Part shown: one piece after another, positions 53,608 through 60,910 of the stretch
How positions within the stretch are numbered: the first letter of the stretch is position 1
Layout: each line of letters opens with the position of its first letter
DNA from: Pseudomonadota bacterium
Lineage (GTDB): Bacteria > Desulfobacterota > Binatia > UBA12015
NCBI GenBank assembly: GCA_005777805.1
Contig: SXLG01000115.1
Coordinates: 1 to 60,910 of the forward strand
Length of the DNA: 60,910 nt
Direction of reading: 5' to 3'
The notes under the pieces: generated by a model
What the model was told of the DNA's origin: nothing
Seen by the model: only the letters and a program-made list of their open reading frames with translations
The model's database searches: none
Made by a program: the position numbers and the translations under genes

Positions 53608-53979
53608 ATGCGAGCGCTCGTGGTCGATGACTCCAAGGCAATGCGAATGCTGCTCGGGCGTCAGCTCCGACAGCTCGGGTTCGAAGTCGGCGAGGCCGGC
53701 GACGGACTTCAGGCGCTCGAGGTGCTGCGCGCCGAGAGCCAGTGGTCGGTTGTTCTGGTCGACTGGAACATGCCCCGCATGGATGGCCTGAGCTTCGTGC
53801 AGGAGGTGCGCGGGGAGCCCGACTGGGCGGGCATCCAGCTCATGATGGTGACGACCGAGACCGAGACCGATCAAGTCGTCCGGGCGCTCGAGGCCGGGGC
53901 CAACGAGTATCTGATGAAGCCTTTCGTGGGCGGTGCCCTGGCCGAGAAGCTGGCCCTGCTCGGCGTGCTGGCGGCCTGA
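53608..53979 (+). CDS. cheY: CheY response regulator
   Basis: LVVDDS, LVDWNMPRMDG, MVTTE, GANEYLMKPF. Confidence 0.93.
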   Translation: MRALVVDDSKAMRMLLGRQLRQLGFEVGEAGDGLQALEVLRAESQWSVVLVDWNMPRMDGLSFVQEVRGEPDWAGIQLMMVTTETETDQVVRALEAGANEYLMKPFVGGALAEKLALLGVLAA

Positions 53980-53986
53980 GTTGGCG

Positions 53987-55072
53987 ATGCTTCCAATTCG
54001 TGTGCTGGTCATCGACGACTCGGTCGTCATCCGTCGTCTCCTGCAGGATGCGATCACGAGTCAGCCCGATTTCGAGGTGGCCGGTGTCGCCGCCAATGGT
54101 CCGATCGGACTGGCGCGCCTGGTGCAGCTCGCGCCCGACGCGGTGACGCTCGATGTCGAGATGCCCGGCATGTCGGGACTCGATGTCATCACCGAGATTC
54201 GCCAGCGCTGGCCCCGTCTACCGATCGTGATGTTCAGCACCCTGACCGAGCGGGGCGCGGTGACGACGCTGGAGGCCCTCGAGCGGGGCGCCAGCGACTA
54301 CGTGACCAAGCCGCGCGCGGGCAAGACGCCCGCGGAGGCGCTGGCCCAGGTCGCCGCCGAGTTGCTGCCGAAGCTGCGTGCTCTCTGCCGCCCCGGTGTC
54401 GCTCCGCCACAGGTCGGGAAGGTGCCCGTCCCCCGCGCCCCGCTGGCTCGGCCCTCGCGCCCCGTCGAGTTGGTCGTGATCGGCGTCTCGACCGGCGGGC
54501 CCAATGCGTTGGCGCGGGTCGTGCCCGCGCTGCCGGCGGATCTGCGGGTGCCGGTCGCAATCGTGCAGCATATGCCGCCGGTTTTTACGCGCACGCTGGC
54601 GCAACGCCTCGACGGGAACTCGCCGCTGGCGGTGGCGGAGGTCGGCAACCTGGCACCACTCCTCCCCGGGCGCGTCTGGGTCGCGCCGGGAGGTTTCCAT
54701 ATTTCTGTGCGACGATTGGCCACGGGATGGGGACTGGTCACCACCGAGGATCCGCCCGAGAACTCCTGCCGTCCGGCCGTGGATGTCCTGTTCCGCAGCG
54801 CCGCACGAACGGTCGGTGCGGGCGTGCTCGGAGTCGTGCTCACCGGGATGGGTCAGGACGGCATGCTCGGTGCGCGCGAGATCGTCGCGGCGGGCGGGCA
54901 GGTGATCGTGCAGGACGAGGAGAGTTCGGTGGTCTGGGGAATGCCCGGTTTCGTCGCGAATGCTGGCCTTGCCGATGCGGTGCTGCCGCTCGATCAGATC
55001 GCCCTCGACATCCGCCGCCGGGTCGATGCGCGCACAGCGCACAAACGGGTTCTGGCGGGAGGGGCGGCATGA
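53987..55072 (+). CDS. cheB: CheB methylesterase with receiver domain
   Basis: TLDVEMP; catalytic GVSTGGP, QHMP and LTGMGQDG; RPAVDVLF. Confidence 0.97.
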   Translation: MLPIRVLVIDDSVVIRRLLQDAITSQPDFEVAGVAANGPIGLARLVQLAPDAVTLDVEMPGMSGLDVITEIRQRWPRLPIVMFSTLTERGAVTTLEALERGASDYVTKPRAGKTPAEALAQVAAELLPKLRALCRPGVAPPQVGKVPVPRAPLARPSRPVELVVIGVSTGGPNALARVVPALPADLRVPVAIVQHMPPVFTRTLAQRLDGNSPLAVAEVGNLAPLLPGRVWVAPGGFHISVRRLATGWGLVTTEDPPENSCRPAVDVLFRSAARTVGAGVLGVVLTGMGQDGMLGAREIVAAGGQVIVQDEESSVVWGMPGFVANAGLADAVLPLDQIALDIRRRVDARTAHKRVLAGGAA

Positions 55073-55923
55073 GCGCGCTGGGAGCAGGGGCAGCCGGCGC
55101 GATCGACGTGGCCGAGTTTCGCTTCATCTCGGAACTGGTCCGCGACCGCTCGGCCATCGTGCTCGAGCCGGGCAAGGAATATCTCGCGGAAGCCCGTCTG
55201 ATGCCGCTCGCGCGGCGCGAGGGCCTGAGCCGCGTTGGCGATCTCGTGACACGCCTCAAGCGCGAGAAGGACGGCCCGCTCCACCGTCGGGTGGTCGAGG
55301 CGATGACCACCAACGAGACGTCGTTCTTCCGCGATCAAGCGCCTTTTGCGGCCCTCCGGGAAGTGGTGCTGCCCGCGCTGATCGAAAAGCGGCGCCAGCG
55401 CCGTCGACTGCGGATCTGGTCGGCCGCCGCCTCGACCGGGCAGGAGGCGTACAGCATCGCGATGGTGCTGGCCGAGAGCTTCGCACGGGAGCTCGCCGGC
55501 TGGGATGTCCGGATCATCGGTACCGACCTCAACGCCGAGGTGCTCGAGCGAGCGCGGGAGGGCTCTTACTCCCAGCTCGAGGTCAATCGGGGTCTCCCGG
55601 CCGCGATGCTGGTCAAGTATTTCGAACGGGCCGGGATGAGTTGGCGGATCGGTTCCGCCCTGCGCGAGCGGGTCGAGTTCCGGGAGTTGAACCTCGCGGA
55701 GCGCTGGCCCGCATCGCTCGAGCTCTTCGACGTGATCTTCATGCGTAATGTACTGATTTATTTCGACATCCCAACCAAGCGCACCATCCTCGGACAGGTG
55801 CGACGGACACTGGCACCCGACGGCGTGCTCTTTCTCGGCGCCGCGGAGACGACACTTCAACTCGACGACCATTTCGAGCGGATCAAGGTGGAGCGGGCGG
55901 GCTGTTACGGCGTCAGGCCCTGA
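55069..55923 (+). CDS. cheR: CheR methyltransferase
   Basis: TTNETSFFRD, IWSAAASTGQEAYS, GTDLN, NLA, IFMRNVLIYFD, GAAE. Confidence 0.97.
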   Translation: MSALGAGAAGAIDVAEFRFISELVRDRSAIVLEPGKEYLAEARLMPLARREGLSRVGDLVTRLKREKDGPLHRRVVEAMTTNETSFFRDQAPFAALREVVLPALIEKRRQRRRLRIWSAAASTGQEAYSIAMVLAESFARELAGWDVRIIGTDLNAEVLERAREGSYSQLEVNRGLPAAMLVKYFERAGMSWRIGSALRERVEFRELNLAERWPASLELFDVIFMRNVLIYFDIPTKRTILGQVRRTLAPDGVLFLGAAETTLQLDDHFERIKVERAGCYGVRP

Positions 55924-55953
55924 TTCGGAAGGGCTGGGCAGGAGGGTTCAGGC

Positions 55954-56388
55954 ATGGAGAACGCGATTCGCGAAGTGACCTGCGCGATTTTCGAGATGAT
56001 GCTCGGGCAGACTCTCGAGAATGGACCGGGGGGCGTCTCGGAGGAAACGAGCGATCTCGTCGGGGAGATCCGCATCACGGGCGCCTTCGAGGGCATGGTC
56101 CGCCTGGGCTGCTCGCAACGCTTCGCGCGGCAGGCCGCGGAGATTGTCTTTGGCGAGAGCGACGCGCCCGAGCTGGCGACGTCGGTTGTCGCGGAGTTGA
56201 CCAACATGGCGGGCGGCAACTTGAAAGCGCTGCTTGCAGGGCCGAGCCGACTCTCCCTTCCCTGCGTGACCAGTGGAGCAGGGGAGGCCCAGCACCCGCT
56301 GCGTGCGGGCTGTCTCGGCGCGGTTGAAATGCGCTGCGGTGACGAGCCGATCATCGTCTCGCTCTACGCAAGCCCCGCCGGGCACTGA
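55954..56388 (+). CDS. cheX: CheX-like phosphatase (copy 2)
   Basis: G.IRITGAFEG.V, SVVAELTNMAGGNLK (E-x2-N), LSLP.V. Confidence 0.85.
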   Translation: MENAIREVTCAIFEMMLGQTLENGPGGVSEETSDLVGEIRITGAFEGMVRLGCSQRFARQAAEIVFGESDAPELATSVVAELTNMAGGNLKALLAGPSRLSLPCVTSGAGEAQHPLRAGCLGAVEMRCGDEPIIVSLYASPAGH

Positions 56389-56567
56389 GGGCTCCGCCGC
56401 TGTAGCGATCCGGGCGGCACGCGAGGCCAGGGACGCGCGCTGCGCGGTCGCTCGCTGAGGTTCCCCCGGGACGAGGCTTGGCTGTCAGAGTCCTGACCGG
56501 GAGGACGCCACGCGACCCTGGATGGCGGGCGTCATGACCGGTTTCGCTGTGGCCCGCCGATAGCTGC

Positions 56568-56584
56568 GTGGCACCCACCTTGCT
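56568..56584 (+). promoter_or_regulatory. sigma54 promoter of the TPR-kinase-regulator operon
   Basis: GTGGCACCCACCTTGCT = TGGCAC-N5-TTGCT, a near-perfect match. Confidence 0.75.
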
Positions 56585-56615
56585 CCCTCCTCTCTCCGTG
56601 ACACTGGGGCGAGGC

Positions 56616-59276
56616 GTGGCGACAGGGCATGGGAGAGGCCTGCGCACCCTCGTCTTGATGGGAGCTCTCGCGAGTCCGGTTGCCCTGGCGCCCGCTGCAC
56701 TCGCGGCGACAGTCGTGGAGGGCCCTGCTGTTTTCGAGGGGCCGCCCCATCTTCTCTGGCGTGAAGGTGGAGCGACTGCGGTCCTGCTGGCGCGCGGTCG
56801 CATCCGCGGCGCGTTGGCGCGGATCTCCAAGGCGGGGCAGGGCGAGGTCGTGGTGCCGGGTGCCACGTTCGATCGCCACTCGTTCCCGGCCACCGTCATG
56901 GCCCAAGCGGGCTTGCCTGGGCTGAAACTGAGCGAGACGGCAGATGGCGCGGTCCGGATCGAGGTCAGCGGCTATGCCCTCACGGAACTCGAGCCGCGCG
57001 TCGCCACAGCACCCGCGCGCCTATTGCTGCGCATCGGCGGCAGCCCGCGCGAAGCCGTGCCCACCGCCGGAGCTCTCGCCTCCGGGTTTGACGCGGGGCA
57101 GGAAGTGGCGCGCGCTACCGGGCCGGCACGCGGCGAGACCAAGTCGGCCGCACAGCCGCTCGAACTCGGGACCATCGCAGCGCAGGAGGTCGCGGTCGCC
57201 ACCGCGCCGGTACTCGGCGAGACCACGTCGGCCGCACAGCCCCTCGAACTCGGCCCCCCCCCAGCGCAGGACGCGACGCGCACCACCGCATCTATCGTTT
57301 CCGAAACATTGCTTCCCAGAGCAACGTCCGTATCTGACGACGCGGCGTTGGGTGCGCGAGAAGCTGTCGTTTCCGAAACATTGCTTCCCACAGCAACGCT
57401 CGCACCCTCGAGTCCGCCAGCACAGGGGGATCTCGTCGCGGCCGTGCTGCCCTCGGACGAACGGGGACCGACTCCCGAGGATGCCGCCCTCCCCGATGGT
57501 GCACCCGAGGAGGATTCGCGCGTCGCCATGGCGGGTGCCGGCGAGGTCGTGCCACTCGCGTCGACCGAGATCGCTTCCTCCGCAGACGCGCAGGTTGCGG
57601 CGCCGGCCCTCGCCCCGGTCGCGGAGCGGGCAGTGCCGGGTCCGGTCGCATCCCCGAGGCTCGAATGCCGCTGGCGCCGTCTGGCAGGGGTCGCCCTGTG
57701 TGCGCCCGACCCCAGCCTTTCGGTCTACCGCGCGACGCCCGAACTCGCGGCCGTCGCCGGTGCACTGAGCGAGGCTCGAGCGGCCCCACCGCCACGAATC
57801 GAAGCGGGCCAGATCGGGGCCGCGGCTCACTATCTTGCGGCCGACCGCGAACTCGTTGCCGCGGGCACCAGCGGATACCCCCACGCCGCCGTCGCGCTCT
57901 ACGAACGCGCGCTCAGGCTGCACCCCGATTTTGCCGACGCCCCGCGCGGCGTCGCGAATCTACTCCTGCTCTATCGCTCCCTCGGCTTCCGACCTGAACT
58001 CGAGCGCGAGGCTCGGCGCTCGGGCAGCGTGGGGCAGGGACTGGCGCAGGCTCTGCTCGGCGAGCTCACGCTCGAAGACGGCCACATTGATGAGGCACTT
58101 GATGGGTTCGGAGACGCCGCCGTGGCCGGCGGGATCGGGGCGTGCATCGCCCTTCGGGGACGCAGCCGTGCCGAGTTGGCGCGCGGACGCTCTGCCGAGG
58201 CGCGCACGGTCGCGGCCGGATTGTCCGAGATCTGTTCGTCCACCTTCCTCGAGGATCCGGCCAGTGAAGCGCTCGGGGTGTTGCTCGACGCGAACCTGAG
58301 TGGCGAGCGCGGCGTGGCCGCACGCCTCGTCGCGATCGCCGGGCGTCTCGCCGGCCGCGAGCAGGACGAGATCCTGAGACATGCGGTGCGCCTGGCTGCC
58401 TCCGACGAGAAAGCGGCGGGCGAAATCTGGCAGGAGATCGGCCGCCGCGGCGGGGCCTCGGCTGCGGGCCGGGCCGCGATCGAGGCGCTGGCACGGCGCG
58501 ACGCGCTGGGCGGGACTCCCGAGCGCGCCTTTGCCCGACTTTTGACCTTGCCACCGACCGCGGCCGACGCGGCTCGTCGGCGCGTCGAGCTGAGCCTTGC
58601 GGGAGCGGCGATCGATCGCGGCGCGTACGCAAAAGCATTCGGTCAGCTCTTCGAATCCGGGGCGGCCATCGACGAGCTCTCGGATCCGCAGGCGCGGGCG
58701 TTGCGCGATCACCTCGACCGACTCGGGGTGAGAACGGGCGGCACGAGGCCCGGTGCTGCAGCTCCTCCAGGCTCCGATACGACGGGCTTCGCCGTCGCGG
58801 CCCGAACGGCGGCTCTCGCCGGCTTCGGACCGGAGGTTCTCTCGAATACCCGTGCGCTGATCTCGCTCGATCCCGGTGCGGGAGCGGCGCTGGCGCTGGA
58901 ACTCGGCGAGGCTCTGGCCGTCGCCGACCCCGGTGTGGCCCTCGATCTGGTCGGACTCGGCGATCGAGCCGACCCACGCGCCCGCTGGCTCGAGGCGCGA
59001 GTCGCGCAACGCGCGGGCGAGAATGCGCGCGCGCTGGTGGCCTATGAGGAGCTGGCCCGCAGTCGCACGCAGCATCCCTTCAGCGGAGAGGCCGCGTGGC
59101 GCGGTGCGTGTCTGGCCGAGACGGCGGGTCGCGTGCAGCTCGCGCTCGAACTCTATCGCCACGCCGAGCGCACGGGCGATGAAATCACGCGGCGGCTCGC
59201 GGTCCTCGGTCGGCGGCGACTCGAGCGTGGCCCCGGCATGGCGGCGGGTGCCGCGGGAGGAGGCAGGGTCGGATGA
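56616..59276 (+). CDS. Large exported protein: signal peptide, beta-rich N-domain, repetitive Pro/Ala/Thr linker, TPR-like helical region
   Basis: RGLRTLVLMGALASPVALAPAALA signal; helical repeats such as AVALYERALRLHPD, ARALVAYEELA, ALELYRHA. Start moved from 56568, which lies inside the sigma54 site, to GTG 56616. Confidence 0.7.
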   Translation: MATGHGRGLRTLVLMGALASPVALAPAALAATVVEGPAVFEGPPHLLWREGGATAVLLARGRIRGALARISKAGQGEVVVPGATFDRHSFPATVMAQAGLPGLKLSETADGAVRIEVSGYALTELEPRVATAPARLLLRIGGSPREAVPTAGALASGFDAGQEVARATGPARGETKSAAQPLELGTIAAQEVAVATAPVLGETTSAAQPLELGPPPAQDATRTTASIVSETLLPRATSVSDDAALGAREAVVSETLLPTATLAPSSPPAQGDLVAAVLPSDERGPTPEDAALPDGAPEEDSRVAMAGAGEVVPLASTEIASSADAQVAAPALAPVAERAVPGPVASPRLECRWRRLAGVALCAPDPSLSVYRATPELAAVAGALSEARAAPPPRIEAGQIGAAAHYLAADRELVAAGTSGYPHAAVALYERALRLHPDFADAPRGVANLLLLYRSLGFRPELEREARRSGSVGQGLAQALLGELTLEDGHIDEALDGFGDAAVAGGIGACIALRGRSRAELARGRSAEARTVAAGLSEICSSTFLEDPASEALGVLLDANLSGERGVAARLVAIAGRLAGREQDEILRHAVRLAASDEKAAGEIWQEIGRRGGASAAGRAAIEALARRDALGGTPERAFARLLTLPPTAADAARRRVELSLAGAAIDRGAYAKAFGQLFESGAAIDELSDPQARALRDHLDRLGVRTGGTRPGAAAPPGSDTTGFAVAARTAALAGFGPEVLSNTRALISLDPGAGAALALELGEALAVADPGVALDLVGLGDRADPRARWLEARVAQRAGENARALVAYEELARSRTQHPFSGEAAWRGACLAETAGRVQLALELYRHAERTGDEITRRLAVLGRRRLERGPGMAAGAAGGGRVG
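57099..57287 (+). repeat. 84-bp (28-aa) in-frame tandem repeat, 2 full copies plus a partial third
   Basis: QEVARATGPARGETKSAAQPLELGTIAA / QEVAVATAPVLGETTSAAQPLELGPPPA / QDATRTT, starting at 57099, 57183 and 57267. Confidence 0.85.
57295..57398. repeat. 32-bp repeat / 40-bp unique spacer / 32-bp repeat inside the CDS
   Basis: TCGTTTCCGAAACATTGCTTCCCA(G/C)AGCAACG at 57295-57326 and 57367-57398, one mismatch. Confidence 0.85.
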
Positions 59277-60160
59277 TCACCGAAGCGCTGATGACGGGCG
59301 ATGTCGAAAATCTGCACGCAGCCTTTCGTGTCTTTACCGACGCGACCGCGAATCTCGAGCGCGAGTACCGCCGGCTTCAGATTCACGCCCGCGCCCTCAA
59401 TGACGAGCTCAGCGAGAAGAACCGCGCGCTCACCGAGAGCCTCGCGCGCCAGCGCGAGCTCGAGGCGCGTGCTCTCCGCCAGAGTCGACTGGCTGCGATG
59501 GGAGAGATGGCCGCGACGCTCGCCCACGAGGTGCGCAATCCACTCGGTGCTACCGAACTCTTCGCGCGACTCCTGCTCGACGAGATTCGCGGCAATCCGC
59601 GTGCGGAAGGGCTTGCCGAGCAGATCTCGCGCAGCGTCGCCGATCTCGATCACCTGGTCTCGAACATTCTCGACTTCACCCGTTTGCCCCAACCGGCGTT
59701 TGCCGACGTGCGGCTCGATCGCCTGCTCGACGAAGCCCTGCTCGCGGCCGGGGCGTTGCACGATGAGAACTATGCCATCGTGCGCTCGGTCGGTGCTGCC
59801 GTGCCCTGGAGTGCCGACCGCGGCCTGATCCGGCAAGCCCTGGTCAATCTCATCCGCAACGCGATGGAGGCGATGCCCGCAGGCGGGCAGATCCAGGTCG
59901 GCGCGTGGAGCGAGGGGCGCATTGCCCGGATCTCGGTCGCCGACGAAGGCCCTGGCATCGAGAGCGGCCAGGAGGACAGCATCTTCGGCGCTTTCGTCAC
60001 CACCAAGGCGCGCGGCACGGGTCTCGGGCTGGCGGTCGCGCGTGCTGCCGCCCTCTCCCACGGTGGCGCTCTCGAACTGGTCGGCGCGGCGCGCGGCGCG
60101 CATTTCGTTCTTTCCTTGCCGGCACAGCAGTCGCCGGCAGGCCTGGAGGATCGGTCATGA
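59273..60160 (+). CDS. Cytoplasmic sensor histidine kinase without a PAS domain (FleS/FlrB/FlgS-like)
   Basis: Coiled coil leading directly into [20 protein letters not shown]; [30 protein letters not shown]. No TM segment. Confidence 0.92.
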   Translation: MITEALMTGDVENLHAAFRVFTDATANLEREYRRLQIHARALNDELSEKNRALTESLARQRELEARALRQSRLAAMGEMAATLAHEVRNPLGATELFARLLLDEIRGNPRAEGLAEQISRSVADLDHLVSNILDFTRLPQPAFADVRLDRLLDEALLAAGALHDENYAIVRSVGAAVPWSADRGLIRQALVNLIRNAMEAMPAGGQIQVGAWSEGRIARISVADEGPGIESGQEDSIFGAFVTTKARGTGLGLAVARAAALSHGGALELVGAARGAHFVLSLPAQQSPAGLEDRS

Positions 60161-60910
60161 AGCAAATCATTCTGGTTGTCGATGACGACGTGCGAATGCG
60201 CATCGGCGTGGCCGAGGTGCTGAGTCGGGGTGGCTACGAGGTCGAGCAGGCCAGTGATGGTCGGGCCGGCCTCGATGCCCTCACCCGCAGGCTGCCGGAT
60301 CTGGTGGTCTCCGACATGCGTATGCCCGGCATGTCGGGCAGCGAGTTGCTGGCACGGATCCAGGAACGTTGGCCGGGTCTCCCGGTCGTCCTGATCACGG
60401 CCTATGGCACCGTCGAGGACGCGGTCTCGGCGATGAAGTGTGGGGCTCGCGAGTTTCTGACCAAACCCTTCTCGCCACAGGACCTTCTGCATCTCGTGCG
60501 CGGTATCCTCGAGGACGGCCTCGCCGAGCCGACGTCGCGTCCGCCCAGCGCCAACCGCGCGATCCTGACCCGGTCGCCCGCGCTGCAGCGGGTGATCGAG
60601 ATTGGCGCAGGTGTCGCCGCGAGCCGGGCGCCGGTCCTGCTGCAGGGCGAGAGCGGCACCGGCAAGGAGCTTTTTGCGCGTTTCCTGCACGAGGCCGGTC
60701 CGCGCGTGGGGCAGGCATTCGTCGCCGTCAACTGCGCGGCCCTGCCCCGGGAACTGCTGGAGAGCGAACTCTTTGGTCACGAAAAAGGCGCGTTCACCGG
60801 CGCTGTGACACGCAAGCTCGGGCGTTTCGAGCTGGCCCATCGCGGCACCTTGCTGCTCGACGAGATCAGCGAGATGGAGCTCGGCTTGCAGGCCAAGCTG
60901 CTGCGCGTGC
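60157..60910 (+). CDS. sigma54-dependent response regulator (FleR/FlrC/FlgR-like), truncated by the window end
   Basis: REC ([23 protein letters not shown]), then AAA+ [40 protein letters not shown]; ATGA overlap with the kinase. Confidence 0.95.
   Translation, partial: MKQIILVVDDDVRMRIGVAEVLSRGGYEVEQASDGRAGLDALTRRLPDLVVSDMRMPGMSGSELLARIQERWPGLPVVLITAYGTVEDAVSAMKCGAREFLTKPFSPQDLLHLVRGILEDGLAEPTSRPPSANRAILTRSPALQRVIEIGAGVAASRAPVLLQGESGTGKELFARFLHEAGPRVGQAFVAVNCAALPRELLESELFGHEKGAFTGAVTRKLGRFELAHRGTLLLDEISEMELGLQAKLLRV

Noticed and set aside
56556-56563. GCCGATAG, a good sigma28 -10 element
   Set aside because: No TCAAG/TAAA-like -35 at the right distance. The adjacent sigma54 site explains the promoter better.
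56568-56615. ORF-track start of the TPR protein at 56568
   Set aside because: The codon lies inside the sigma54 -24/-12 element, so it would be upstream of the transcript start.
1-60910. CRISPR array, cas genes, tRNA, rRNA, prophage
   Set aside because: No run of three or more regularly spaced repeats, no cas/integrase/phage motifs, and no tRNA or rRNA signatures seen by eye. tRNAscan-SE and Infernal would be needed to exclude small RNAs.

Overview
GC-rich (~70% by eye) bacterial chromosomal window. The gene content suggests a deltaproteobacterial-grade lineage such as Candidatus Binatia or Myxococcota; this is inference only. In order: lipid/steroid-type catabolism genes (partial P450, 2-hydroxyacid dehydrogenase, thiolase, HMGS-like/DUF35 fusion); xth, a Maf-YggS fusion, proC and yggT; FmdB; a phasin-like gene; an arnBC(A-formyltransferase)DT-like operon running almost directly into a rearranged complex I cluster with only peripheral-arm genes (nuoB-G-I-C-D-E-F); a lipoprotein; a Zn-finger/histone-H1-like basic protein; two Thr-type sulfatase-like enzymes; pgl, gloA and a spmAB fusion; an RND pump; a 15-aa-repeat exported protein beside an IS256-like remnant; an acyl-CoA racemase and a CobW GTPase. 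The last ~21 kb is a motility region. It holds two head-to-head 273-aa flagellins (~83% identical), one behind a sigma54-type and the other behind a sigma28-type promoter, then flaG-fliD-fliS-fliT and probable flagellin glycosylation genes. A sigma28-type operon cheX / REC-REC-STAS / HDOD / cheA-W-Y-B-R / cheX follows, then a sigma54-type operon of a large TPR protein, a PAS-less kinase and a sigma54 activator (truncated at the edge). The best candidates for new biology are the divergent dual-sigma flagellin locus, the CheX/REC-REC-STAS/HDOD module, the Zn-finger H1-like protein and a CRISPR-like repeat pair inside the TPR gene. I saw no rRNA, tRNA, cas gene or true CRISPR array. All family calls come from motif recognition by eye; no database searches were run.
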